The notes under the pieces were generated by a model. That model was given only the letters and a program-made list of their open reading frames with translations. It ran no database searches and was not told the DNA's origin. Source: Promethearchaeota archaeon (GTDB lineage Archaea > Asgardarchaeota > Lokiarchaeia > Sigyniarchaeales > SOKP01). From it: 40,620 nucleotides of DNA. Shown here piece after piece: positions 19,168-28,701 of the stretch. Location: positions 1 through 40,620 of the forward strand of contig JBHLON010000030.1 of assembly GCA_048940445.1 (NCBI GenBank), written 5' to 3'. Numbering within the stretch: the stretch's first letter is position 1; each line of letters opens with the position of its first letter. A program made the position numbers and the translations under genes.

Positions 19168-20202
19168 TTATTTTATTAATTCATTTGTTTCCCTTAGAAG
19201 TTTTTCAGCTTTTTGAACTATACTATTCATTATATCTTTTACAGTATCTATGGAATTTATAAGTCCAATGCTTTGACCTAAAAGGACTGCCCCATCCTTA
19301 ATATCACCATCGTAGACCATTTCATAATGCTTTTGATCCTCTAAAGCTTTTTCTGGGGTTAATTGAGCTTCTAAAGCCAACTTTTCTTCTTTACTAGATA
19401 CTGGTTTATGAGAAAGAGCATAATCGTTCCGCCATAACCTAATTGGCCCAAGGACTCCTAAACAATATTCTGTATCACTTGCTTTAGCTTTAGGAGCAAC
19501 ATCTTTATAATTTTGATGAAACTCGCTTTCTTTCGAAGCAATGAAGCGCGAGCCCATTGCTATTGCCCCTGCACCCATTGATAAAGCTCCAGCAAGGCCC
19601 TCACCTGTTGCAAAACCTCCACAAGCTATAAGAGGGATTTCTGGATATTTTTCTCTTACTTGTTGCAATAACACCAATGTACTTACTTTTTCATAAGATT
19701 GGTGTCCACCTCCTTCCCAACCCGTAGCAACAATCCCATCTACTTCTGCTGAAACGCATTTATCTGCTAACCATAGGGCAGGAGCAACGTGAAAATGTTT
19801 TATTTGAGAACCACTTTCTTTTAATTTTCGAAAAGCGTTATTATGTATCATTTTAGGGGTTCCAGCACTTGTTACTACATATACGCATTGTTCTCGTAGT
19901 TTTGGATTATCCCTAATAAACTTTGGAATTACACGACATAACGTTGGGGCGTCAATTTGCAATCTAGCGGTTCTAATATTAAATCCGAATGGTTTATCAG
20001 TATGTTCAATTACGTACTCCATATTCTCCTTCATTTCCTGTATACTACTTTTTCCAAAAAGATTAGTATGACTTAACACACCTAATCCTCCTGCTTCAGA
20101 AACAGCAACTGTCAATTCAGTAGTATAAAAAGGCCCCATAGGTGCAGCCACAATTGGATACTTAATCCCAAACATTTTAGTTACATTTGTTTCGATCGCC
20201 AC
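19168..20202 (-). CDS. Nitronate monooxygenase / FabK-type FMN-dependent enoyl reductase family
   Basis: IKYPIVAAPM, AVSEAGGLG, TDKPFGFNI, GWEGGGH, IACGGFATG, GAGAIAMGSRF, GQSIGLI. Likely GTG start at 20202. Confidence 0.9.
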   Translation of the reverse strand: MAIETNVTKMFGIKYPIVAAPMGPFYTTELTVAVSEAGGLGVLSHTNLFGKSSIQEMKENMEYVIEHTDKPFGFNIRTARLQIDAPTLCRVIPKFIRDNPKLREQCVYVVTSAGTPKMIHNNAFRKLKESGSQIKHFHVAPALWLADKCVSAEVDGIVATGWEGGGHQSYEKVSTLVLLQQVREKYPEIPLIACGGFATGEGLAGALSMGAGAIAMGSRFIASKESEFHQNYKDVAPKAKASDTEYCLGVLGPIRLWRNDYALSHKPVSSKEEKLALEAQLTPEKALEDQKHYEMVYDGDIKDGAVLLGQSIGLINSIDTVKDIMNSIVQKAEKLLRETNELIK

Positions 20203-20266
20203 TTTATTTACCCTTTTGAGATTTATTAAATTATTAAATGCAATAGAATTTAAATCATTAATCATC

Positions 20267-20312
20267 GTTGATATAGGTGTGTATGTCTATACAAAAATGT
20301 TAGTACATCAAC
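20267..20312. promoter_or_regulatory. Nested palindromes, candidate operator between divergent NMO and PfkB genes
   Basis: TGTAT-GTCT-ATACA (20280-20293) and ATGT-TAGT-ACAT, enclosed by GTTGAT...ATCAAC. Confidence 0.35.
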
Positions 20313-20532
20313 ATATCTTAATTATTAAAAATCTTTTTTAAAAAAATCTTAACAATTAAAAAAATATAATTAGGGTGAATTCTAAAGCAAAAGCCAAGAG
20401 AATAAATTAACTATCTTATTTATAATCTTTTTTTTCAAAATATTTCCAAAAATTTACTGACTATTTTTAATATAATTAGAGCTTAATTATTAATAGCCAT
20501 TTATTATTTAATTTTAGTTTTATTGAGTACAC

Positions 20533-21489
20533 ATGCATCCAGATATAATATGTTTAGGGGAATTATTAATTGAAATTATGCGGACACGAGCTGATGTATC
20601 TCACGGAGATATCGGAGAAATCTACAAAGGACCATATCCAAGTGGAGCGCCGGCAATTTTTATTGACTCTGCTGCCCGTATGTCTAAACCGTTTGGATTT
20701 GTGACTGGATTTTTTGGTTCCGTGGGAAATGATGAATTTGGTAGAAGCATTATTAACAAACTTAAAGAAGATGGTGTGGACATATCACAGATAAGAATCT
20801 TGGACAACAAAACAACAGGAATCGCATTTAATCAGTATAACTCAGATGGTTCACGTCAATTTATATTTGCACCCGGTGCAGCTCGAGAAACATTACCTGA
20901 AGATATCAAAGAAGAATATCTTTCAAGAGTAAAAGTTTTGCATATTATGGGTAGTGCTCTTTCTATTAGTGAAAATTCACGAGATTCGTGTTATAAAGCA
21001 ATCAAATTAGCAAAAAAAATGAATCAAAATGTTATAATATCATTCGATCCAAATTTGCGACCTGAAATGCTCGATATAGAAAAAATCTTGGAATTATGTA
21101 AGCCTGTATTAAGGAACGCACAGATTTTATTACCTAGCGGCAAGGAAGCAGAGATGTTGGCTGGAATTGAAGAAAAAAATGAAGCATGCGTAAAATTATT
21201 AGGTAAAGATCCTAAAATTATAGTATTAAAACAAGGAAAGGACGGATGTAAAATATTTACTCAAAAGAATAAGGAAGGAGTCCAAATATCTGGTTTTGAA
21301 GTAGAAGAGATAGATCCAACCGGAGCTGGTGATTCATTTGGAGGAGCTTTTATTGTGGGATATCTCGCCGGGTGGGATTTAATTAAATCTGCCAGATTTG
21401 CGAATGCTGTAGGCGCACTTAAAGTTAAACATTTTGGTCCTATGCCAGACACAACTTTCGAAGATGTTGAGACGTTTATGCTTCACTAG
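20533..21489 (+). CDS. PfkB-family carbohydrate kinase
   Basis: LGELLIE, GSVGNDEFG, TTG, SFDPNLR, KQGKDG, DPTGAGDSF. Confidence 0.93.
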   Translation: MHPDIICLGELLIEIMRTRADVSHGDIGEIYKGPYPSGAPAIFIDSAARMSKPFGFVTGFFGSVGNDEFGRSIINKLKEDGVDISQIRILDNKTTGIAFNQYNSDGSRQFIFAPGAARETLPEDIKEEYLSRVKVLHIMGSALSISENSRDSCYKAIKLAKKMNQNVIISFDPNLRPEMLDIEKILELCKPVLRNAQILLPSGKEAEMLAGIEEKNEACVKLLGKDPKIIVLKQGKDGCKIFTQKNKEGVQISGFEVEEIDPTGAGDSFGGAFIVGYLAGWDLIKSARFANAVGALKVKHFGPMPDTTFEDVETFMLH

Positions 21490-23470
21490 ACGTTTTTAGG
21501 TATAAAGAATAAACCCTAACATTTACTATATTATTATTTTCAATGGAATAAATTCTAAATCCAGGAGGTTTGTATTTATAAAGGGCGGAGATTGGACCCA
21601 ATGCTTGAACTTGAAATACAAACGGTTTATTAACATCAAACCAAATATTTAAATCAGCCTGGTTGTTAAAACTTTCAAATCTTTTTCGATAAGTTGAGGT
21701 GTATACTTCACAAGGGACTTCTATATATATTGGTAAAAACCAAAACCCAAAATTTATTCGTTCAGTTTTCTGAGCTTCTTTTAAGCGGTATTCTTTTAAG
21801 GTATGTGTATGTCCGCATAAAATCAAGTCCACCTTTCTCCTTACTACTTTATCTGAACCTGTAGCTATTCTTAATAAAGTTGCCCAATTATACATTATGG
21901 TTTCATACTTTAAATTTAAAACAGGATCCAGTCTTCCAGTTTTATTTACTTTCTTTAAATTATCTTCGTGGAAATCAGACCATTTCTTAATTCCGTATTT
22001 TTTTTTATACTTTCTTTTTTTGTGAGAACTTAAATTAGGAGATATTGGCGGAGTATGCATTACAATAATTATTTTCTCATCATGGGACAACTTAATATAT
22101 GCTCTGAGTAAATCTACTTGCTCATCCTTTATACCTCTAGTACTGGGACCACCTTTTAACAAGTCGTGAAGATCAGCTATTGAATCTTGCCCTGTATCAA
22201 GGAAAATGAAATTATAATTGTCTCCTATTCTTAAATTATAGTTAAGATTTGGATTTAAATATCTAAAATAGTCTTTTATATATTTGTCTCGAGAATCAAG
22301 AGCAGTAAAATAATTGAAAAATTTAGTATCATAATAACCTTTAATATCTGAACTCGTTAGACCGAAAATTTTACGAATTTGACCAAATCTCAAGCCATAA
22401 TGTTCTTTGCGATAATCATGATTTCCAATAGTGGTAAAAATAGGAACTAAAATCTCTTTTCTATTCACAAATTCTGGATCTCTCCCCAAATAAGGTGGTT
22501 TTTCTAAGTCTCTATTTAGACCAAGTAAAATATCAATAAAGACGTGAAAGTTATTCTCATATTGATAATTTCCTCTTGCAATATTAAGATAATCAATCAA
22601 ATCGCCTGTCATTAAAATGAAATCTAATTGATTTGTATTCGCTTTCTGATTAGCAAATTCTATAAGCAGTCTTAAACTATAATTAAAATTATATTTTGCA
22701 AATCTTAATTCTTCATATTTTTCTTTATGAAATTCTTCTTTATATTCAAAATCTCTCTTTAGAACAAAATCATTTATCTTTTTAAGTTTTCTTTTATTTT
22801 TTTGATAATATTTTATTTTACTTTTTACCTTTTCTTTAATAAAGTGTAAAATGAAATCATTCCTTCGTGCAATATGGAAATCTGAAGCATGAATAAACTC
22901 AAAATTTTCCCAATTTTTATCATAAATTGCAAGACTATGGAAATTTATCTTCTGCTCACTTGTATTAGGAATTTTATGTACCAAATCGAATAATAAAAAA
23001 TCTCTTCCAAATTCAGTAATTAATTTTTCAATTATTTTGATCATAGAGATCTCAATTTTAAATTCAATTTCATATAATTCTCTTCTTTTTCCAAATGCAT
23101 TATCCAAATGTAATGCAAAATTAAGTATATCCCAGACAATACAATTTTGGGCTTCTAAAATTGAGAGACTTCTAAAATCAAATTTTTCTATTTTTACAAT
23201 CTCAATTGGAGTAATAGGATATAAATCTCCTCTTCTTTGTTGAAATTCACCTTCTTCTTTTAAGATTGGTTGAATAAATGTATTTAAATGAAAATATTCT
23301 AAGATTCTACTGACTGTGTGGGAACTTTTGGCTACAATTAAGGTTTTAAATGTAATAGACTTAAAATATTCCTTATTATCGGCTCTGAAATCCTTCAAAT
23401 TAAGAAGTATTGGTTGTCCTAAATTTGGTTTAATAATAACTGGAAAACTTCCCTTGCTTAGATCTAACAT
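21476..23470 (-). CDS. Calcineurin-like metallophosphoesterase with long N-terminal extension
   Basis: HASDFH, TGDLID, IGNHDY, MHTPP, CGHTH. Confidence 0.88.
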   Translation of the reverse strand: MLDLSKGSFPVIIKPNLGQPILLNLKDFRADNKEYFKSITFKTLIVAKSSHTVSRILEYFHLNTFIQPILKEEGEFQQRRGDLYPITPIEIVKIEKFDFRSLSILEAQNCIVWDILNFALHLDNAFGKRRELYEIEFKIEISMIKIIEKLITEFGRDFLLFDLVHKIPNTSEQKINFHSLAIYDKNWENFEFIHASDFHIARRNDFILHFIKEKVKSKIKYYQKNKRKLKKINDFVLKRDFEYKEEFHKEKYEELRFAKYNFNYSLRLLIEFANQKANTNQLDFILMTGDLIDYLNIARGNYQYENNFHVFIDILLGLNRDLEKPPYLGRDPEFVNRKEILVPIFTTIGNHDYRKEHYGLRFGQIRKIFGLTSSDIKGYYDTKFFNYFTALDSRDKYIKDYFRYLNPNLNYNLRIGDNYNFIFLDTGQDSIADLHDLLKGGPSTRGIKDEQVDLLRAYIKLSHDEKIIIVMHTPPISPNLSSHKKRKYKKKYGIKKWSDFHEDNLKKVNKTGRLDPVLNLKYETIMYNWATLLRIATGSDKVVRRKVDLILCGHTHTLKEYRLKEAQKTERINFGFWFLPIYIEVPCEVYTSTYRKRFESFNNQADLNIWFDVNKPFVFQVQALGPISALYKYKPPGFRIYSIENNNIVNVRVYSLYLKTSSEA

Positions 23471-24014
23471 TTCTAAAAAGACTCAAATTATCATGTTATT
23501 TTATAATAATTATTTGACTTTTGTTAAAATTAACTTTTTTAATATTTTTGTAAACATAGGATATTTCTATTCTTTTTTAATGAAGTTCCCTATTATTATC
23601 AGAAAACTTAAATTTAGAAATCTTAAGAGCATTATAGACAATATCTTTTAATTTGAAATTCTATTAAATTAGATAGTCGTAAAATTTACTATAAATATCA
23701 TTATCAGCACAATTTTAACATTAAATTCGTTAAAATTATTAATCTTACTTATCAAAAACATATATAAATTTATCTATCTAGTTCTTTATTTTCCAATTAA
23801 AAAATTAAATATGGTTAAATTTTAAATAGATAAAAATTGTATATTTTATAAGCATCTTAAATTGGATGTATAAAATGGAAGATTATTTAATCAAAAGTCT
23901 ATTTGAACAAATAATATTTAATTTTTCATATTTAAATAAGAATTAAATTTTAAATTACGAATTCTACTTTTATTTAATAAAAAATATAAAAGCTAATAAT
24001 CAAAATTTTGCAAC

Positions 24015-25496
24015 ATGACGGATGAACTAAGGGAAGAAGACAGGGAAAGTAAGACAGAAGGTAAATCAGAAAAAGATGATGATCGGGTAGACAAAGAATT
24101 CCTAAGTAAAGCGAAAGAATCAAGAGATTTAATTGATAAAAAGTTAAGGAGTTTTGAAAATAGTATTGTAGATATTTCAGATACCATTAAAAATGGTGAA
24201 ACTGAAGATGAACAAAAGGAAAAAGAAGTTCCTCTAAGTGAAGAATTAACAGAAGAAATAAAAAAAGAACAAGAAAAACTGGAAAGTATAAAGAAAAAAG
24301 TTGATGATAAGGAGGAATATTTGGCAGCTCTCGAGGAAACTATAAAAGATCTGACAGAAAAATACAATCGAAAAAATGAAGAAATGCAAAATCTGGAAGA
24401 AAGATTAAAGATTACTCAGGAAAGTAAAGAAACTCTTGAAGAAGAATACAAAGAATTGATAAAGAACAATGAGCAATTAGTTAAAACCTATGAAACTCGA
24501 CAGGTTGACCTAATCGTATTAACCGATAGTGTTAAAGAAAAAGTTGCCAATCAAGATGAGCTGAGAACGAAAATTGGTAAAATTAATCAGGAAATTCAAG
24601 AAAAAGAAGGAATTATTGAAAAACAAAAAGAAGAGGCAGAAGCCTTAGACAAGAAAATTAAAAGTCTAACTGCAGAAAATGAAACATTAAAGGTCTCAAT
24701 TGGTAAAAATAGATTTGAATTAGACCACACTAATAAAGAAATTGAAGCAAAAGAAGAGGAAAAGAAACTTTTATCAGAACAACTCGAGAAGAAAGAGCAA
24801 AAGATAAAAACTATTGAACAACAAATCGAAGATTATAAACAAGGATTTCCAGAAATGGAGAAACAAAGAGAAACTTATGAAGAACTGTTAGCTAAATATA
24901 AAGTTCAGTTAACTGAAAAACAACAACAATTAATTGATACTGAGTCTAAAATTCAAAGTTTAACTGAATCCTTGGCTTCTTTTGATGAACAGATCTCTAA
25001 AAAAGAAAATTTAATGGAAGCTAATCAAAAAAGGTTAGAAGACTTAAAAACGGATATAGACAACACCAATATGGAATATATTGAACGAGAAGAAAGATTA
25101 AACTCACTTACAGAAAAGTTAGAATTTATGCAGACGGAACATGATAAATTAAGCAAAGCAAAAGAAGTAATAGAAAAAAGCACAAATGAATCTAAAGCAC
25201 TGCTTCAAAAATTAAAAATTGAATTAGACAATCAAGAAGAAGAAATAAGAGATAAAGAAAGTAGGATTCATAGATTAGAGACTCTTTCATTTATATATAG
25301 ACTCTCGAAATTCTTTGGAGGAATATTAATTGGAGTAGGAATATTTTTTATTATTCTTGTGATAGGTGATGTTTTCGACTTTATCAATTTTGGAGATCTT
25401 ATAAACCTTGGCTCTTTAAGCGTAGTGGGTTTATTATTGTTAATAAGCGCTTTATTTTTAATTATTTCTGGAATCTTTCATTTAGAAAAATCCTAG
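24015..25496 (+). CDS. Long coiled-coil protein with C-terminal two-TM anchor
   Basis: About 400 aa of E/K/Q-rich heptads nearly free of Pro/Gly, then two hydrophobic segments. Confidence 0.85.
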   Translation: MTDELREEDRESKTEGKSEKDDDRVDKEFLSKAKESRDLIDKKLRSFENSIVDISDTIKNGETEDEQKEKEVPLSEELTEEIKKEQEKLESIKKKVDDKEEYLAALEETIKDLTEKYNRKNEEMQNLEERLKITQESKETLEEEYKELIKNNEQLVKTYETRQVDLIVLTDSVKEKVANQDELRTKIGKINQEIQEKEGIIEKQKEEAEALDKKIKSLTAENETLKVSIGKNRFELDHTNKEIEAKEEEKKLLSEQLEKKEQKIKTIEQQIEDYKQGFPEMEKQRETYEELLAKYKVQLTEKQQQLIDTESKIQSLTESLASFDEQISKKENLMEANQKRLEDLKTDIDNTNMEYIEREERLNSLTEKLEFMQTEHDKLSKAKEVIEKSTNESKALLQKLKIELDNQEEEIRDKESRIHRLETLSFIYRLSKFFGGILIGVGIFFIILVIGDVFDFINFGDLINLGSLSVVGLLLLISALFLIISGIFHLEKS

Positions 25497-25537
25497 AAAG
25501 CTGAGTTTTCATAGACTGTAATAACATTATTTATTGA

Positions 25538-27415
25538 TTGGAATTGAATGAAATTAAAAAGGAAGAAGCTTTACCAAAAAGAACTCTTACTCTAACCCAA
25601 GGGATTATTTATGGGATTGGATGCGGGATAGGAGGGTCAATCTTCGTCCTTTTAGGTAATGGTATTGAGAGTGCTGGACCTGGGATTTTAATAAGTCTAA
25701 TTTTAGGGGGAATTCTTATTTTTTTCACTGCTCTTAATTATACGGAATTATCTACAAGTTTACCAATAGCAGGTGGTGCCTACAACTTTCCGAAAGAAGG
25801 ATTAGGAGGATTTCTTGCTTTCATAATGGGATTTTTCTTATGGATAGCTAATACTGCGGCTAGTTCATTTTCTGCCCAAACATTTGCTTCAGTTATTAAT
25901 GCAGTTTTTAAAGAAAATAATATTATATTAACAACACCAATCATAGTTCTTATAGGAATTATACCTGTATTATTAACAACTTTAGTAATATTTAAAACCC
26001 AAAGAATTGCGATAAGAGTTTTATTAATCTTTACCATAATTCTTGTTGGAATGTTCGCTTTCTTTGTAATTGCAGCTTTAGTATTACCTGCTTTTCACAT
26101 ATCAAGTGGTTACTCCGGTTATTTATTTTCAGGTACTAACTTTTTCGGTATAATCTCAGCATTTTCACTATTATTTATTTTATACACCACAATAACATCT
26201 AACTTAGCATTTTTAAATCCAGATCTAAAAAACCCATCGAAAACTATTCCAAAAACAAATAGATATGCAATTATAATTACTATGGGAATATATCTATCGA
26301 TAACATTAGCAGTTCTGCTTAACCTAGTACCAGGATCGACTAATTTAAATGAAAATCCTGTTTTATTAGGCAATATCCTAGGAAGTATAATGGGGCCTTT
26401 TGGATTTTACTTTATGGCTTTTGCAGCCTTAATTTCCACCCTTATAGCTATTAATGCTGCATTAGGATCTGCTGTAAGTGTTATAACTGCATTAGCACGA
26501 GATCGATATATTCCGAAAAAAGTTAAATTAATAAAAAAAAGAACAGATATGCCTGCTTTAGCTTTAACGATTACTGCTTTCTTAGCGATGGTTTTCACAA
26601 TATTTGCGGGAATAGGCTTAACAGCAGAAACTACTAATCTTATCTATTTCATTGCTTTAGCTTCCATTAACTATGCGGCATTTAAACTAAGACGAAAAAG
26701 AAAAGAATTAGATCGCCCTTTTAAAGCTCCTTTCTTCCCTTTTCTTCCAATTCTATTATCTATTTGCTTTTTAATTTTTGCAGTATTATTTGGAATTATA
26801 TTTTCAATTGGAGCTCTCATATTAGGTATCATCATTTCTATAATGGGAGTAACTTACTACTTAATCACCATTGCTGATAAACCGTCAATATCTTTAACTT
26901 TAGCAGGTATTAAGTTTTTTATCGTAATTGGAGTTGGTTTTGTAATATGGATTATAAACAATTTTTCTGCGGTAAGTCCTTCTGCTGTCCTTATAAACCG
27001 AATTTTGATCGTCATATCTATTTTTACAATCGGAACCGTAATTTTCGACCTTTTTCCTCTTCGTGAGGTCATTTATTACTTTATTAAAAAAGTAGATAAA
27101 GAAAAGGTTGCGATAAGATTTGGGGATGCACAAATAATAGAATTGGGGAAAAAACGACTAAGGGTTATACATCTAATAAATATAGTTATAGCGTTTTTTC
27201 AATTTGTCTCTGTTGTTTTAATTTTATCTATTATTTACCTATTATTGAGTAATATAATTATTCTTAATGACATAAATCTTGGCTCAATAATTATCTCTCC
27301 AGAGGCTGGAACCTTTTTCTTTGTGTCAGTTCTAGTATTTTTTGGGATAGTTCTCTTTTTTAGCGGTATTATTTTATGGTATAGAAATAGAGAGTTGAAA
27401 GAACTAGGAATTTAA
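25538..27415 (+). CDS. APC-superfamily amino acid permease with extra C-terminal TM helices
   Basis: GIGGSIF, YTELSTSLP.AGGAY, LKNPSKTIPK, ALARDRYIP, LRRK..ELDRPFKAP. Confidence 0.9.
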   Translation: MELNEIKKEEALPKRTLTLTQGIIYGIGCGIGGSIFVLLGNGIESAGPGILISLILGGILIFFTALNYTELSTSLPIAGGAYNFPKEGLGGFLAFIMGFFLWIANTAASSFSAQTFASVINAVFKENNIILTTPIIVLIGIIPVLLTTLVIFKTQRIAIRVLLIFTIILVGMFAFFVIAALVLPAFHISSGYSGYLFSGTNFFGIISAFSLLFILYTTITSNLAFLNPDLKNPSKTIPKTNRYAIIITMGIYLSITLAVLLNLVPGSTNLNENPVLLGNILGSIMGPFGFYFMAFAALISTLIAINAALGSAVSVITALARDRYIPKKVKLIKKRTDMPALALTITAFLAMVFTIFAGIGLTAETTNLIYFIALASINYAAFKLRRKRKELDRPFKAPFFPFLPILLSICFLIFAVLFGIIFSIGALILGIIISIMGVTYYLITIADKPSISLTLAGIKFFIVIGVGFVIWIINNFSAVSPSAVLINRILIVISIFTIGTVIFDLFPLREVIYYFIKKVDKEKVAIRFGDAQIIELGKKRLRVIHLINIVIAFFQFVSVVLILSIIYLLLSNIIILNDINLGSIIISPEAGTFFFVSVLVFFGIVLFFSGIILWYRNRELKELGI

Positions 27416-28150
27416 ATGGATCTTCCTAAATTTAATCTACATGTTCATTCATCCTATTCTGATGGAAGAAATTCCATTAATGAAATAGTGAAGAAAGCAG
27501 TTGAGTATAACTTAAATTATATTGCAATAACAGATCATTTCACAAATTCATGGAAAGCAAAAATAATACCCAGCTTAAATTCGAGAGATAAAATTCATAA
27601 TTACTTAGAGGAGATCACACAACAACAGCAATATTTAAGACAAAAAAATATTGATTTAAAATTATTTAAGGGTATAGAAATTGATATTAGTAGCTCAGAA
27701 AGTTATATATTAAATTTAATCGATCCATTTAAGTTTGATATAATCCTCTTTGAATATCTTGAAAATCCCGAAGGAATCGCTTTTATTAAGAATATTATTA
27801 AGAATTGGAAGTCAAGATCAATGACTCAAAGTCTCTTCCCTATTTTGGGGTTGGCTCATTTTGACCCTTCTTTCTTTATTTATGGTTCTCTCACTGTATT
27901 AATAAATTTTTTAAAAGAATATGATATTTATTTTGAATTCAATTCTAGCTATTCTCAATATTATTCTGTTAAAAACAATGACTTTTTTATAAAATTACGT
28001 AAATACAATGTACTAGTAGGTATTGGATGTGATTCTCATGATCTAAAAAGTTTAAATAATTTTGGAGAACTGATTAAAGTAATAGAATATTATGGACTTT
28101 TAGATAACTTAACCACTCTAATTAATAAACTTGACTTTAAAATGGGTTAA
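27416..28150 (+). CDS. PHP-domain protein (phosphoesterase)
   Basis: NLHVHSSYSDG, AITDH, GIEI, AH, GCDSH. ATG directly follows the permease TAA. Confidence 0.9.
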   Translation: MDLPKFNLHVHSSYSDGRNSINEIVKKAVEYNLNYIAITDHFTNSWKAKIIPSLNSRDKIHNYLEEITQQQQYLRQKNIDLKLFKGIEIDISSSESYILNLIDPFKFDIILFEYLENPEGIAFIKNIIKNWKSRSMTQSLFPILGLAHFDPSFFIYGSLTVLINFLKEYDIYFEFNSSYSQYYSVKNNDFFIKLRKYNVLVGIGCDSHDLKSLNNFGELIKVIEYYGLLDNLTTLINKLDFKMG

Positions 28151-28165
28151 ATAACAACAAAAAAA

Positions 28166-28558
28166 TTATCTCTGGATTTTGTTGATATATTCCATATAAT
28201 GCCTGAATGCTTTTTCAAATATTATATCTACTAGTTTCTCATTATGATCAATTGGCTCAATTAGGACTGTTTTTAACTCTTTTTTAGTAATATCGAAAAT
28301 CTCCTTCGAAATAACTAATTTTTTAGATAAAGATAAATTTATGATTTCTGAAACTAATTTTCCATTTTTCGTCTGCCATTCATCTAATGCGCGCCAGATT
28401 ATTCCTCTCATAGCTAATAGAGGGATATTCATCAACTCACAAAGACCATTAGAAATCTCTCTTATTAGTTTTAATTGATTAGGATTAAATTTATTCTTAA
28501 TATATTCTATTTCGGAGTCTCTAAGGGCATGATCATTAAAATTAACTAAAAAAGTAAT
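28166..28558 (-). CDS. Hypothetical helical protein (89-130 aa; start uncertain)
   Basis: Track ORF 28166..28435; the frame stays open to 28579; ATT at 28558 is preceded by GAGGT. Confidence 0.6.
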   Translation of the reverse strand: MTFLVNFNDHALRDSEIEYIKNKFNPNQLKLIREISNGLCELMNIPLLAMRGIIWRALDEWQTKNGKLVSEIINLSLSKKLVISKEIFDITKKELKTVLIEPIDHNEKLVDIIFEKAFRHYMEYINKIQR

Positions 28559-28701
28559 GTATACCTCAACCCACTTAATTTAATATTAATTCGTTAGTTT
28601 ACTATTTAAAGATATAGGAATCTATATTCCCAATTAATTTACAATCACAATCCATTCAAAGTACTATAATAGGCAAGAAAAATAAGAATATCTTTTTATT
28701 A

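Noticed and set aside
20622-21452. Minus-strand ORFs 20622..20810 and 21261..21452
   Set aside because: Antisense within the PfkB kinase gene.
23480-24010. Possible replication origin
   Set aside because: No ORB-like G-string repeats seen and no cdc6/orc1 gene nearby.
23037-24367. ORFs 23037..23243, 23316..23651 and 23993..24367
   Set aside because: Antisense overlaps or low-complexity F/I/N/S-rich translations of AT-rich DNA.
24015-25496. SMC/Rad50 annotation for the coiled-coil protein
   Set aside because: No Walker A/B, signature motif, hinge or zinc hook.
25780-27133. Five minus-strand ORFs inside the permease
   Set aside because: Typical antisense frames of a hydrophobic gene.
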